Shown piece after piece: positions 1 to 11,698 of a stretch of DNA of 48,396 nucleotides. A program made the translations under genes and the position numbers. The stretch is taken from contig MU006113.1 of assembly GCA_010093705.1 (NCBI GenBank), positions 68,849 to 117,244 of the forward strand. Direction: 5' to 3'. Each line of letters opens with the position of its first letter. The first letter of the stretch is position 1. Under the pieces are notes generated by a model that had not been told where the DNA came from, ran no database searches, and saw nothing but the letters and a program-made list of their open reading frames with translations. Source of the stretch: Patellaria atrata CBS 101060. Lineage: Eukaryota.

Positions 1-646
1 ACCGCATATGGTAAGTATGGATAGAATTGGAGATTAACTTGAATGTCGAAAACAAACTTACTATAGTATTGTTGTATCTAGAGTTAGACTCGACGGTGAC
101 ATTGAGTTCAATGAATCATCGTCGACTGACTGACCATGTATGATAGTGTAACACGGCCTGCTTTCTCTCCTATTACTTCTGAGACATGTGATTTATCATA
201 ACAAATGAACTGGTATGAGAAATCAGAGCCTACGAAAAAGGGTAAACTGTAGAACGGTTAGCAAGGACTAAAATTAGAAGAAATCAAACTCTATGAAAGA
301 AACAATCACGATGTAGCGTAAACCCAGATCTTGCTTGAGGATTTAGAATACGTGAAGCACGTGTTCACGCCCTTTCGAATCTCATGGGCGATGCGAAGAA
401 GGGACAACGACATCCACCCCGTAGAGTTACTAATAGATGCGTCTATCCAACCTCTGCACCTGTTTCAAATCTGTGAACAGTCAGGTTAGTAACTAAGTGT
501 CCCAGGCGTTTGTTATATGTCTTACTTCATGTGTGCACTACTCGCACTGTCTCCAACAATGCAATATATAACGTCTATTCCCTGAAAATCTCCCAAACAG
601 GACGTAAGCATTTCCTCCAACACGCAGCGCAATACCTAATAGCAAA

Positions 647-1753
647 ATGTCTCTCCAACCCCGCCCATTCGCCGTCCTCATCGGTTTCCTCCCTTCCCTC
701 AACCCAGCTCGGGATAATAACATATCCAGCTACATCGACTTCACGTCCCTAGTGATCTGCATCGAATCTCTCAACACCTCCATGACTTACACCAATCTAG
801 AAAACCTTCTAACCACCAAGCTCGCGCGGATCCGGGCATACAGGTCATGGGAAATTGTTCGCAACGATCTGCGGATCTCCTTTGAGCTTGGCTCGTACGT
901 AAAGATCCCGAAGAATTATGTGGAGGAGATGATTATTATCTTTGTTGGAATCCGGGAGGGAGCGACTGGGAAAGAGGTACTAGATAAGATGATACTAGGT
1001 CCGCACAACGAGCAGAACGGGGAGCGTCTCGTGCGTCTCAGCTGTGCAAACGGCCATGATGAAGAGAAATTCGACGACGCGGGAGAAATATTTGACGGTG
1101 TGAAAGAGATGATATCAAAAATGAATTCTGCTAGGGGTAGGAGAAGCGAAAGCAATCCCTCTGATGCGGTAGAGACGAGATCGGAAACAGAATATTCCGC
1201 TCGTATAGACAGTAGAAGCGATGACATTTTCTATGATGCACAGGAGACGATATGAAATAGCGACCAGGAATATCATGATACGGTAGAAGAGATGTCAAAT
1301 AGCGACTTAGATTGTTCCCAAAGTGAAGAGAGCAGAAATCAGGAGAAAATAGATGATGTTCTAGAGACACAAGCAAATGAAGATGAGGAAAGTTATGATG
1401 CGGAGGGTTCGAATGAGGAATTGGGTCCAGGATCCTTCGCCTTAGGAGGATATTTTTCGAAGTACCTACGCACGAAAGTTGTCGGAAAGCTGCATGATAG
1501 AAAGGATTAGAGTAACGTAGAGAGTATGTTGGTGGCCACCTAACTAGCGAAATCGGGAATTAATACTGGAGACAGCATGTCAGTCACCTATAGAAATGTA
1601 TTTTCGAAACATAGGTCACCAAGAGTGATTCTCAGGGAGGAAGAGATTTTGATTGAAAATTGGCGGTCCTTATGGATCCACCGAGATTGCGTCTTATGTA
1701 GTAGAGTCTCCAACTGTGAGCTGACTGTCGTCTGTATCATTTCTCTTTTTTAA
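647..1753 (+). pseudogene. Probable pseudogene or degenerate ORF of unknown family (acidic, low-complexity middle), broken by in-frame stops
   Basis: ORFs 647-1255 and 1292-1510 share one frame, which continues to TAA 1751-1753 with stops at 1253 (TGA), 1508 (TAG) and 1541 (TAA). The TGA lies in an internal repeat: ata TGA aat agc gac versus atg TCA aat agc gac. Confidence 0.45.
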
Positions 1754-1834
1754 AAGAGAAGATTATTATGATAGTCAGTTTGTCGTTTAAGACAGGACCC
1801 ATAACGCCATTCATTATGCTTTTCATTAGTAGAT

Positions 1835-2748
1835 CTAGTCCCTCCCTTGTTCTGTAGCGAGTCTATCGTGTTCATCGATATCGCTCGAAGTTGTTAGCAT
1901 TTGTTAGCCCAGAACTGCCTCTTCAGACTTACGTAGCTTCCCAAGGGTAACATATCCATTCGTCTCCAACTGTCCTTGCAGCAAGATATTTGTTCTGTTC
2001 CGTCATTGCGGACGGTAGATGACCCTTCTTAGGTTTGTCCTTGTTCTGCGTAACGTCAGCAATCAGAGTTCTCCTCTGTCACACTAGACATTGCGCCGGC
2101 AAATCCTTACATGTAGCACGAAAATGCTAAATGTGGTCTCTTCTCCACTTCGCCCTGCCTTCTTTGTGGCCTCTTCAACGTCCTTCTGGAGCTCCCTCAC
2201 AGCGTATTCTAGGGTAGTTCTTGTGTCATCGACCTCGTCTACGATTAGGACATTCTTGCCAATCAGGTTTGCCATTTCCAAACTGCTCAAATCGAGCCAT
2301 TGTGTACGGGTGACCTTTGTACCGGGTTCTTCGACGGGATCTGATCCTAAGCTCTCGTAGAGGGAAAGCCCAATGGCTTGGATAGGGATATTGGGATTGC
2401 CAGGCCGCTTAAGGAAGGATCTGAAGAGCAATATTAGCTATTACTCATGTTAGGGCGACGCTTCTTGAGGTGAATACCGAAGAATACGCGCTGGAACATA
2501 TCCTCCACCGCCAATGGCGATCATAAGATTTGGTTTGAAGTCATTAAGAATGCGCTCTGCTGCCTCTTGACAGAGCTTATGGACCTGATTATTCGAGGAT
2601 CTATTAGCTTCATTATCTCATGTCTCGAGTTTAGCATATTTCGTCCAGCTACTTCGCTGTAAGACGCCCATTTGTGTCTCGTGCGCCTCAAATGACAGAG
2701 GTGGAAGAATAGTACCTGATTGTATGTAACATAAACTTTCTCCACCAT
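1835..2748 (-). CDS. XPT1: Xanthine/hypoxanthine phosphoribosyltransferase (Xpt1/Hpt1 family), multi-exon
   Basis: N-terminus MVEKVYVTYNQ|VHKLCQEAA; IAIGGGGYVPARILR; PRPP-binding motif VLIVDEVDDTRTTL; C-terminal WICYPWEAT|DIDEHD; GT-AG introns; stop TAG at 1835-1837. Confidence 0.93.
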
Positions 2749-5700
2749 GTTGTCAAATTGCGCTAAAGGTTACTGGACTGTGAAGGGAGAAATGAAGTCT
2801 ATTGTCTGCTCTGAACCTGAAGATTGAAATGAAAATAGAAGATATATCTGACAGTGTCGAGACCGCGGTAGTCGAGAGCGGCCTGGTAATTTTTCTCCTG
2901 CAGCGCACCGCCGAAGGTCCCCGCGGTGAGATCTCAAGAAGCTCGGACCGCGCCGCTCGCCCCGCCAAAACTTGCATCTCTTGGCGTCTAGTTCTCCTGT
3001 TTGACCCTTATCCTAACAACCCCATACTTTGTAACTGTACAACAATTAATATCATAACAGGAAGGTGAAGTGAACCAAATCCTAGAAGGGATATGTCAAG
3101 TTGCAGAAAAGAACTTAGATAAAAAGAATCGTCTGACAGGACCATCTCTTACCACTGCGACCAACCGTACTGTACTGTACAATAGAAGGATTTCTCCGGT
3201 ATTCCTCGCCTGCTGTACGCTCAATTTTCAAGGGGACTCTGACTCTGCTGTACAGAAAAGTTGAATACATAAAGGAACTCACAATAATACCCAGGACTTG
3301 ACTGTACAGACAGTACAGGTCTCCTCTACTCCTAGTTCAATTACAGGGTACTGGTTGTTCAGAAAGGAGAATGAGGTAGAGGAATCCCAATTTGACAAGG
3401 AGGGAGATAGAGAGTTTGACTAGGACAATATGCATTGACTTTTCGTGTTTGATAGCAGTTGTTGGAGCTAGTAACTAGAACACGGGAGCCGAAAAGAAAA
3501 GAAGAACGGATGAGGCTGGCATAGGGGTACAGAGTAGACCTCCTTTACAGACCCCATCAAACAGGAACAGCTTCCTTTGGAAAGCCTTCAATGCGATCCT
3601 CTTTGGAAACTAGTCAAGGATTTATGACCAACAACAACTACAAGCTCACGTCGTTTGTTATGTTGGAAACATTGCGACTAACGAGCTTTTAGTAACCCTG
3701 CAAGGGCATTATCATATGGAGCGGTGAAGCCATGTACTGTACAGCTACTGATAGATGCCCATTGTCTTCTTATCGAGATTGGAGCCGACGTGGACCGGAC
3801 CGAACCGACCGCAACCGTTTCCACTACACGTCAATGTCTAAGGTACGCCCGTAATGGGCGTCGTATAAACAAGAGCTCGAAATATTGCATCTCCATCACG
3901 TTAATGTAAAGGTCTAAAACGACGTCAAGATAGAAAGAGCTTTGTAAATTGCAAATACCCATTTCGGATGGAGTCCAGTACCGTAGATCTTCCTTGTCAA
4001 TATCATTCGCTTCGTAACCTTCGTCCAACGGCGCTTGAGTTGGTATATCACCGGCTATGGAGACACAAAATACTAGTTCGATTACACTGGACACCGTTAT
4101 CACATTATTGGTCCCGCGGAGTGCTAAACATCCGAAGTAACGGTTTTTCGAATGACGTTGTGGTCTCTTCGTAGAATATTAACCAACAAATAGTCACCAT
4201 GCTCTAAGACAAGGAGTCGTGGATAAATTCTATCCAACTTAGACAGAAAATAACAATGACAAGACATATGCTCGGAAGCTTTTGAATTCTAGCACTGTAG
4301 CACATATCAATTTCGTGAACCATCAGCAGCCCGTTGGTTCGGGTCTGTATTACCGACAACCGGTCCGACATGGAGCTATCTTACACTCTCATCAGGCGTG
4401 TAAGACTTAGCTGTAAGGGTGAAATCATTTTCTATGCGCCGAAAGGAGTAATTGGATTAAAGCTGAAACAGGTTAAGATCTGGTTTCCAGGCAGCACGTT
4501 GTTCCATTGTCATACGAGAGCCTCTCCTATCGAATGAGGACAGGACGGGTACTTGTTTGGAAATGACAGAAGTGACAGAGCATTGACAGCTTGTCTAATC
4601 CGTCCCTGAATAGGACGGCTGAATTAAGCCTCTTACTCAGTGTGAGTCCACTAACTCGTGAGGAGGCCGGAGCATATTCGCTAGGGAGCTACCTTAACTA
4701 CCGCGATTTCTATACCTGCAAAGTTTCGACCCTGCATTATTCGGGTCAAGTACAGTACTGAAGTTCATGAAGATATAACAGAGCCATTAACCCGCGGTTA
4801 TGCATGGGCACGCCCGTGACGTGTTTGGCTTATAAGCTTATTAGCCTTTTGATATAACCTGGAGAAGTTATATTTGCATCGGGCACAGCTTTACCGGATA
4901 CCTAGTCACGAGCTGGGCGTTGGAGGTCCAAGGTGGGATATACGGTACGAGACAAGCTCATCTTCGACAACGATTGGCGCTTTCTTGCGGTGAAGACGAT
5001 AAATGAATATTGACTAGATCGTACAGTGCACGAGCGAGGTCGGGATGGCCTAAAGATGCTGTACAAAGTCGACAGGGACTCTCGAAAGTCACACAGGACA
5101 AGCAGCGTCGACAGCTCGCTTCTTTGTAAAATCTGGGGATCGACTGCAGATGGGATTTAGGCAAAAGAGGTTACCAGAGACAATCAATCTCAACGGGCCT
5201 GAGCCACCCTTGAGTTGCCGCAGATCACTGCGGGAGGAGCTTTGACTTCTCCAAAGAAAGGCCCGGGTCGTGCGGGCATGCGATGAAAATGCGGAGAAAT
5301 TCTTGTCGTGGAGAGCATGGTCTTTATCTCGTCACCAGATCATGTATTGATTTCAACATTTGGCATCCTTCTGAAAGTCGGTAATGGATAGTGAAGAGGA
5401 GGCTCGGCCACTTCAGGACCGGATGATCGAGCCGTCAAACCTGGGGTTTGGTCACCCATGGCGTATTCGTTGTTGGAGCTTCAAGCTTTTAAGCAAATCA
5501 AGACTGTAAGAAGATAGGCAGGCAAAAGAAGCCGTTCGCTAGCGTGTTGTGCCACTATTAATGAGAAGATGATTTGCATCACGCTGCTGCTGGTGTTGCA
5601 ATCGGTAGACCTTGGCTTAAAGGATGGAAAAGATGGAAAGTGTTTACGATGCTACACAGACAAAATCAGTTCTACCTTCATCAGGAACATCGAGTATAAT

Positions 5701-5888
5701 AGAGGAGAGAGATGAAGGGTCGAGGCTCATTCATGCGGCGGTTTGTGTATTGTTTCAGAAGCTGCAGGTATCTTTTCTGGTTTTGTGCAGCCGTCGTTCA
5801 GAGAAGCGGAAAGTCGCAGAAGTGAGATGGTTAGGGTTAGAATTAGCTGGGGAAGGAAAAGAAGGTTTACACCGGTGCCGTGAGAGCT

Positions 5889-5949
5889 TGCCAGAATGCC
5901 AGAATTAATGCCAGAATTAATGCCAGTTTCCTGCCAGTTTCCTGCCAGG
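5889..5949 (+). repeat. Six TGCCAG units in a degenerate tandem array (spacing 8,12,12,11,11 nt) upstream of the Sfl1-like gene
   Basis: tgccagaa tgccagaattaa tgccagaattaa tgccagtttcc tgccagtttcc tgccagg is read directly. Confidence 0.85.
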
Positions 5950-7097
5950 TCCGTTTCCCTGCTCGAAGCCGTGATGGGATTCGCAACAAGGGCAGATGCT
6001 GTAGAAGGGGATGATGAGGCCTGAAGGTGGGTAACTGGGGGTACCTCGAAAAGATGCCTCTCAATTAAGGAGATCGTCCATAACTTGCTGTTACAACGGC
6101 TTTCTTTCTCATCCCTCGGTCAGATCCGCGTGCAAAGGTCTTTCTCATGTTCCAGACCTGTCCTCGACATTTGTTCCTTCGTGTGCCCTTGTGGAATTCC
6201 TGTGTCGCTCCGCATCTACCGCAACCGCATCTATCAATAATATTCAAAAGTTTGACATGCCATATCAACTTAATTACAGACAGCTTTTTGCCGTCTATAA
6301 CTTCCTTCTTACCTCTTCTTTAGCTCCTGCTAGTAGAGGTATAGTATAAATACTTCGAGACCTCCTTTTTTCTGCACCTTTTCACGTGCTACCTGCCGAA
6401 TCCCCAATCATCTTTTCCGAAACGTCGAACTAAAGGTAGCAGAGGCCTACTCTACTTTCCCCGATTCGCTTCCCCCATCCTGCAACACTATTATCTATAT
6501 TATAACCCGGGGCACGGAACAGCTACTGTACGTTGTTAGCACTGTGTATGAGCTTCCCATCAACTCCCTGCGCACGGCCAGCCATCATCCTGCACCCAGC
6601 GCTCCGAGCTTTACCGTAACCACACATCTACTTGTGTATACTCAATTGAACACCTTCCTCTCCGCACGCGCTGCCCGATCCCGCATCCTGTCCTACATCG
6701 CACTCCGCCTTCCTCGCCCTCCATCGACCTCGAAGCGTTGCAGAACAGACCGTATAAGGAAAGAGTGTTTGCTGCTGAATCTGTAGCAAACTTGTTCTCG
6801 ACAGCTGTACCGTAAACCTTTATTGGCTACGGTATCCAAGCGGCGGGAATGGTCCCCGCTGGATTAGGAGTTGGATCTTGCGCGACGTACCGTTCGGACA
6901 ACATCAGATCTCTTCCAAACGTCAAGACTTGAACGAGGCGCAATACTGTGATATAGGGGTTGTTTGGATAATCCCATCGCCTACGCGGTCGAGAACTCTC
7001 CCTCACGATCATCCGAGGATTGAGTTCCTAGGTCTCCCCACGGACAACTCTCCGACATCCTTGCGATTACGCTCCAAGTGCGCCTCAAGCTGCCATA

Positions 7098-9203
7098 ATG
7101 GCTTCTACAGCGGAATCCATACGGCCTAATCCGTTCACAGCGGACCCGCATAATATGGGATTGGCGAAGTCGATACCAATACTACCGTCGTCATCAACAA
7201 ATGGTTCCAACTCTTCTTTGCCTTCTCCTGGAGACCCTATGGACTTCATCCCAACTCCAGGCGCACCCATGGGACCACCAACAATAAGCAGTCCAGTGCC
7301 GGATAAGAATTCCAGTAGTAACGGTAATATTAATGGTAATGTTAACGGCAGCACTACTCCCGCGACAGACGGCGAGACTACGAACGGGACAAATGGTCCA
7401 GTTGGCGCTGCTGCGGCGGCACAACAGCCAAAAGTTGTACAAACCGCATTCATTCATAAGTTATATAAGTGAGCATCGTACCTTGAATGCGCTGGTCAAG
7501 CTCAAGTGGCTTACGATCCTACAGTATGTTAGAAGATCAATCTATACAGCATTTGATATCATGGTCGCAAACAAACGAGAGCTTTGTCATGTCGCCCTCG
7601 AACGAATTTTCTAAAGTCCTTTCGTGGGTATAGGCTCCCCTTTGACCATAGTATCACTAACGATGTGTCAAAGCTCCTATTTCAAACATACGAACATCTC
7701 ATCATTCGTGCGACAGCTGAATATGTACGGGTTCCACAAAGGTACGATGGTGATTTCAAGACGGGAACATTGACAGGTGCTGATGTAGTCGTACCAGTAA
7801 GCGATGTGTTTCACACGGGCTCACCAGACTCGCCCTTGTGGGAGTTCAAGCATGGGAACGGCAGTTTTAAGAGAGGCGATCTTGTCGGTCTGAGAGAAAT
7901 CAAGCGCCGAGCTTCGAGACATGCTCTGATCCACCGCGATTCTTTCTCTACCGGACCCAAGGTCGCCGTACCAACTCCTGGCACACCCGTCGAACCGATG
8001 CCAGATCCCGTCGAAGCACGGTTGAGCATTCTTGAACATAATCTTTATGAAGTCCATAACCGATTAGCAAGGTCGGAGGACAACTGCACCTTCATGGCTA
8101 CCAAGTGTCAGTTGCTCAGTGAGGGTCTCATGCGCTGTCACCAAGTACGTTCCTTAACCATGTCTTTCCAACTCGAAAGTCATTGACATTTATAGTGGAA
8201 TCTTGAACTCTCGAATTACATCATGGCAATGGTGCCAGATCCGGACCATCAAGTACATAGAGACGGTAAGCTCTCATTGCACCTTCCAATCCGAAGAACA
8301 CCCCTCCATCGCACCCCTTCCTGTTCGAGCATACACTTACTCTCCCTCTCCCCAGCTGCCTGCATGCAACGCGAAATCTCCCGTCAGGCCGACATCCTCA
8401 GATCTTGGGATGAGCCGCAAGATCCTCTCCCCTCAGCACGCCAGCAATACTTCGGCAACCTTGGCATGGATTCCGGTCCTCCTATCTCCCCTCGCCAGTA
8501 TCCGCAAGACGATCAACAACGGCGTCCCTCCCTCGTCACCGCAAACTCCCGTCAAGGCGCCTTCCGTCCCCCAGCCGCACCACATCTATCTATCTCGCCT
8601 CGCCGCTACGGCTCCATCGGAGGTGCATCCGGGAACTACTCTCCTTCCTCCTCGCGGCCCACGCAACAACCACCTCCCCCACCTCCACCACCTCCAATGC
8701 ATCAACAGCAGCAACAACACCCCCTCGCATCCGTGTCTTCCCCCCCGGCGAATCTATCGCGCCGTCACACCTCCGCAGACATCCGTCTACACGGCTGGAA
8801 CGCAGGCGCCCCTCCCCCTCCACAGTCCCCGTACGCGTCGGGCCAGAACAGTGGACAGTGGCCCTCGTCGCCGCACCGCACACCCATCAGCGACAACCAA
8901 CAGCTCCGTGACGTGTTGGCGCAATACAGCTTCCAACCGTCCTCCCGATCGCGACAACCCACGCCTCCGCCCAGCGCAGAGGGAAACGGCGAGAATGGGT
9001 GGGCACTACCTGGCCAACGGTATCCGTTCAGAGCGGGTGCGGGTCTCGGGCTGGGGCTGGGCGGTGTCGAGACCCCAGGCCCGCCGACGAGGAGGAGCTC
9101 CATGGCTAGTAACGTGCATAGTTTGCTCAATCCCGCCGAGACGGCCGAGAGGGCGGATGAGGAGGAGAGAGAGGAGGATCGGAAGAGGAAGAGAGTGTTG
9201 TAA
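7098..9203 (+). CDS. SFL1: HSF-type DNA-binding transcription factor, Sfl1/Hsf2 subfamily (6 exons)
   Basis: HSF domain after splicing: QTAFIHKLY|xMLED...YFKHTNISSFVRQLNMYGFHK|VSDVFHTG...WEFKHGNGSFKRGD. Also a coiled coil, PKA-type RRxS sites (RRAS, RRPS, RRSS), and a C-terminal VHSLLNP plus NLS-like RKRKRVL. Introns at about 7469-7523, 7624-7672, 7742-7796, 8145-8194 and 8266-8355. Confidence 0.88.
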
Positions 9204-9321
9204 GTGAGGGGATTTGTTGCGGTCATCTAACTTTTTCCATTTTCGGTTCATCTATTCCTAGCTATTTCAATGCATTTACTTTTCCTTCTTTTTCCACGCG
9301 TTTAATTTTCGACTTCTTCAG

Positions 9322-9360
9322 TTTTTTTTTAGTGTTTTTTTTTTTTTTTTTTTTTTTTTT
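9322..9360 (+). repeat. Poly-T tract in the 3' region of the Sfl1-like gene
   Basis: Run of about 10 T, then AGTG, then about 26 T. Confidence 0.9.
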
Positions 9361-10184
9361 GGCGGTTTCTGCGTCTTGCGGAAATAGGAATACTCACATG
9401 GCGGCTAATGTTTGAAAATTCGGGCAACGGGGGATAGGGTTGATGGGAGGATTTATTTTGGGATTTTTGAGCCGCATGCTTGATTTTGCATTCGGGTTGG
9501 GACTGAGGAGGGGATATCTGAGTGCGATGGAGTGGGGGGTTTGTTGTCGCCGATATCCTTAGGTTGTTACCTTGAGCGCGAAATCAAAATTATGAATATC
9601 TGCCCTAGTGTGACTGGCGGTTCCCGCGTGTTTGATATACCCACTTTCGCCACTTTCAGACGTTATGGGACAGTATATACTACAGTACGGCAAGTGCAGT
9701 ACAGATGCTCGCGCTGTACAGTACAGAAAGTCTCAGTCTCAAGCGTCCACACAAAGACGCACCGACCACCTTATACTATAAATGTGTACTATATGTGCTA
9801 TACACCATGAACAACCAGCCAGCGGTACTGTACGGTTCTGTACGGTACGGTACGGTAGACTCGAAGCTGCGTCTGACGTGAGTATGGAGAAGAGGGGAGT
9901 AGATCGTACGGGGGACGTGAGCATATTGTATAGACCTATGGACTTGTACTGCACGGACACTGCTAAGGAAGAGATATGTGAGTCCAAGGAGGGCACAATC
10001 AAGACAAAATCCGTTCCCACGCAAATCACGATAATAGTTGCACTTAAGATAAAAATGGAGACAGAATAATCTCTCATTACCTAGCACGACACTACGCACG
10101 CACACCACAGCCTCTACCTTCTCACACCATCCATCGTCATCCAGCCCGCCATCCTCACAGCAACGTACACCTCATCTAGAGACC

Positions 10185-10365
10185 ACGAGCCCCTACTGAG
10201 CCACTAGGGCATTTCGAAGCCCACGGCTCCATAATCAACGGTGTAGTAAGACCGTTGAAGACGGGAAAGCTGGGGTCGGCGGAAACAGCAAACCGCAAAG
10301 AGCAGACAGGAGCGGGAGAGTTCCTTAACTCGATCCACCACTACCGGAGCGGAGTTTGAACGGAC
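10185..10365 (-). ncRNA. Candidate structured RNA (stand-alone sRNA or 3'UTR element of the BTB gene)
   Basis: Hairpins TCAACGGT/ACCGTTGA (10235-10258), GAGTT/AACTC (10318-10331), GCGG/CCGC and GGGC/GCCC. Closing helix GCUCCG/UGGAGC and loop pairing GUAGUGG/UUACUAC need G-U pairs that exist only on the minus strand. Confidence 0.5.
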
Positions 10366-10660
10366 TAACAAAAGGAACAACATGCGAGGACGTCGCAGAC
10401 GTTTAGGGGTTTAGAGTTGAGGGGATTGTAAGTAGCAAAACGCCGAAGGGGGAAAAGTTTCCTGAAGCTCGGAAAAATGGGGACGGGGTATCATTATCGA
10501 AGTTGGGAAAGGGGACCCGCGCGAAATTGGCATTCTGAGTGACTGCGGGGGGAAAATGATAGGTGTGCTTCCTCATTCTGAGTATCAAGATGTGATTTAC
10601 CCGTTTTTTTTTTTTTTCCAATATTGATGCTGTAAGGACCGTTGTGCGAGCCGTTGTGTT

Positions 10661-11698
10661 TTAGATGGTCTTGGGAGATCGGCTGTTGCTGTTCAGGGTG
10701 CGCAAATCAGCAATCATGGCCTAAACGGAATAAAGCAATTGTGACCTATATGGGAAGAAAGCAAAGGAGGAGCAGTGTAGTGATTGCAAATCCAGCCCCG
10801 AACCCCAACAACGCGTCAGCCAAACGACGAAAGAACTGGGACACACTCACCCCATATCCACAAGATCATCCACATGGTTGCACATGGCCACGAACAGATC
10901 AAAGAACAATTTGCCACCAATCTCCATCTCCATCTGCATGGTGCCGCTGCGCTTGAAGGTGCGTCGGCTGCGGATAATGAGTGCTAGGTAATGAGCGCGG
11001 AGGCGCGAGTCACTGTCGGGCGTGTTCTCGTAGGCATAGCGCGCACTGCGGAGGATGGTACCAACCTCGATCCCGCTCTGCAGGCCCTGCTTGCGCAGGG
11101 AGAGCTTTTTGAGCTCTTCGAGGCCGTACCGTTCCGCCGCGCAGTACACGGCCGTGTCACGGAGAATAAGGTCGCCCACGCCTGAGTGGAAGATTGTCGG
11201 CTCGACGGCGCCGCGGTCGCCGGTACGGGGATCGATTTCGTCTGTCGCTCCCTCGAGTGTAAAGGTTTGACGCTTCCTGTCGTGCTGGAGACGCGGGTAG
11301 TAGTCACCTTTGTAGAGGTACTCGAGGACGCAGGAAAGGACTTCGGGTTCTTCGTCGGGAAGAGAGATGCGTCGAGCGCTCTCGAAGAACTGGCCGCGAC
11401 AGGCCGCTGCGAAGAACGGCGAGTGGCTCAGTACGTCTTCATGAGCTGCGAACAGCCTCTGGTCTTGTCCAACCACGAGGGTTATAATCGCGCTGGTGAG
11501 GTTTGGGGAAACGCTGTCGCACATTAATATCTTTTGGTGTAACCGTCTCTTCTATGAAGATCTGACTCACCTCCCCACCGACGCAGGGCTGTCCAACTTC
11601 TCGAGCATCTTCTGCTTGACAGGCTCTCGAAACGATCTCTTCGAAAGTTTAGTTGCCTTGTTCACACGATCTTTTGAGGTGAAAGAGCGTTTGAACAT
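10661..11698 (-). CDS. BTB/POZ domain protein (conserved Pezizomycotina family), 3 exons
   Basis: IITLVVGQDQRLFAAHEDVLSHSPFF...ISLPDEEPEVLSCVLEYLYKGDY...VYCAAERYGLEELK. Exon 1 starts MFKRSFTSK (ATG 11698). Last intron about 10690-10850 gives the end DMG-NSRSPKTI*. Confidence 0.88.

Noticed and set aside
3831..4103. Possible gene remnant in the long intergenic region
   Set aside because: It is short, with no motif and no supportable exon chain.
8203..9207. 334-aa overlapping ORF in an alternative frame
   Set aside because: It is a GC-rich shadow of the Sfl1-like last exon, with no ATG-led start and no recognisable motifs.
10401..10416. Telomerase RNA template-like CTAAACCCCTAAAC
   Set aside because: It does not match the TTAGGG template, no CR4/5-like element is visible, and it lies in the probable BTB 3'UTR.
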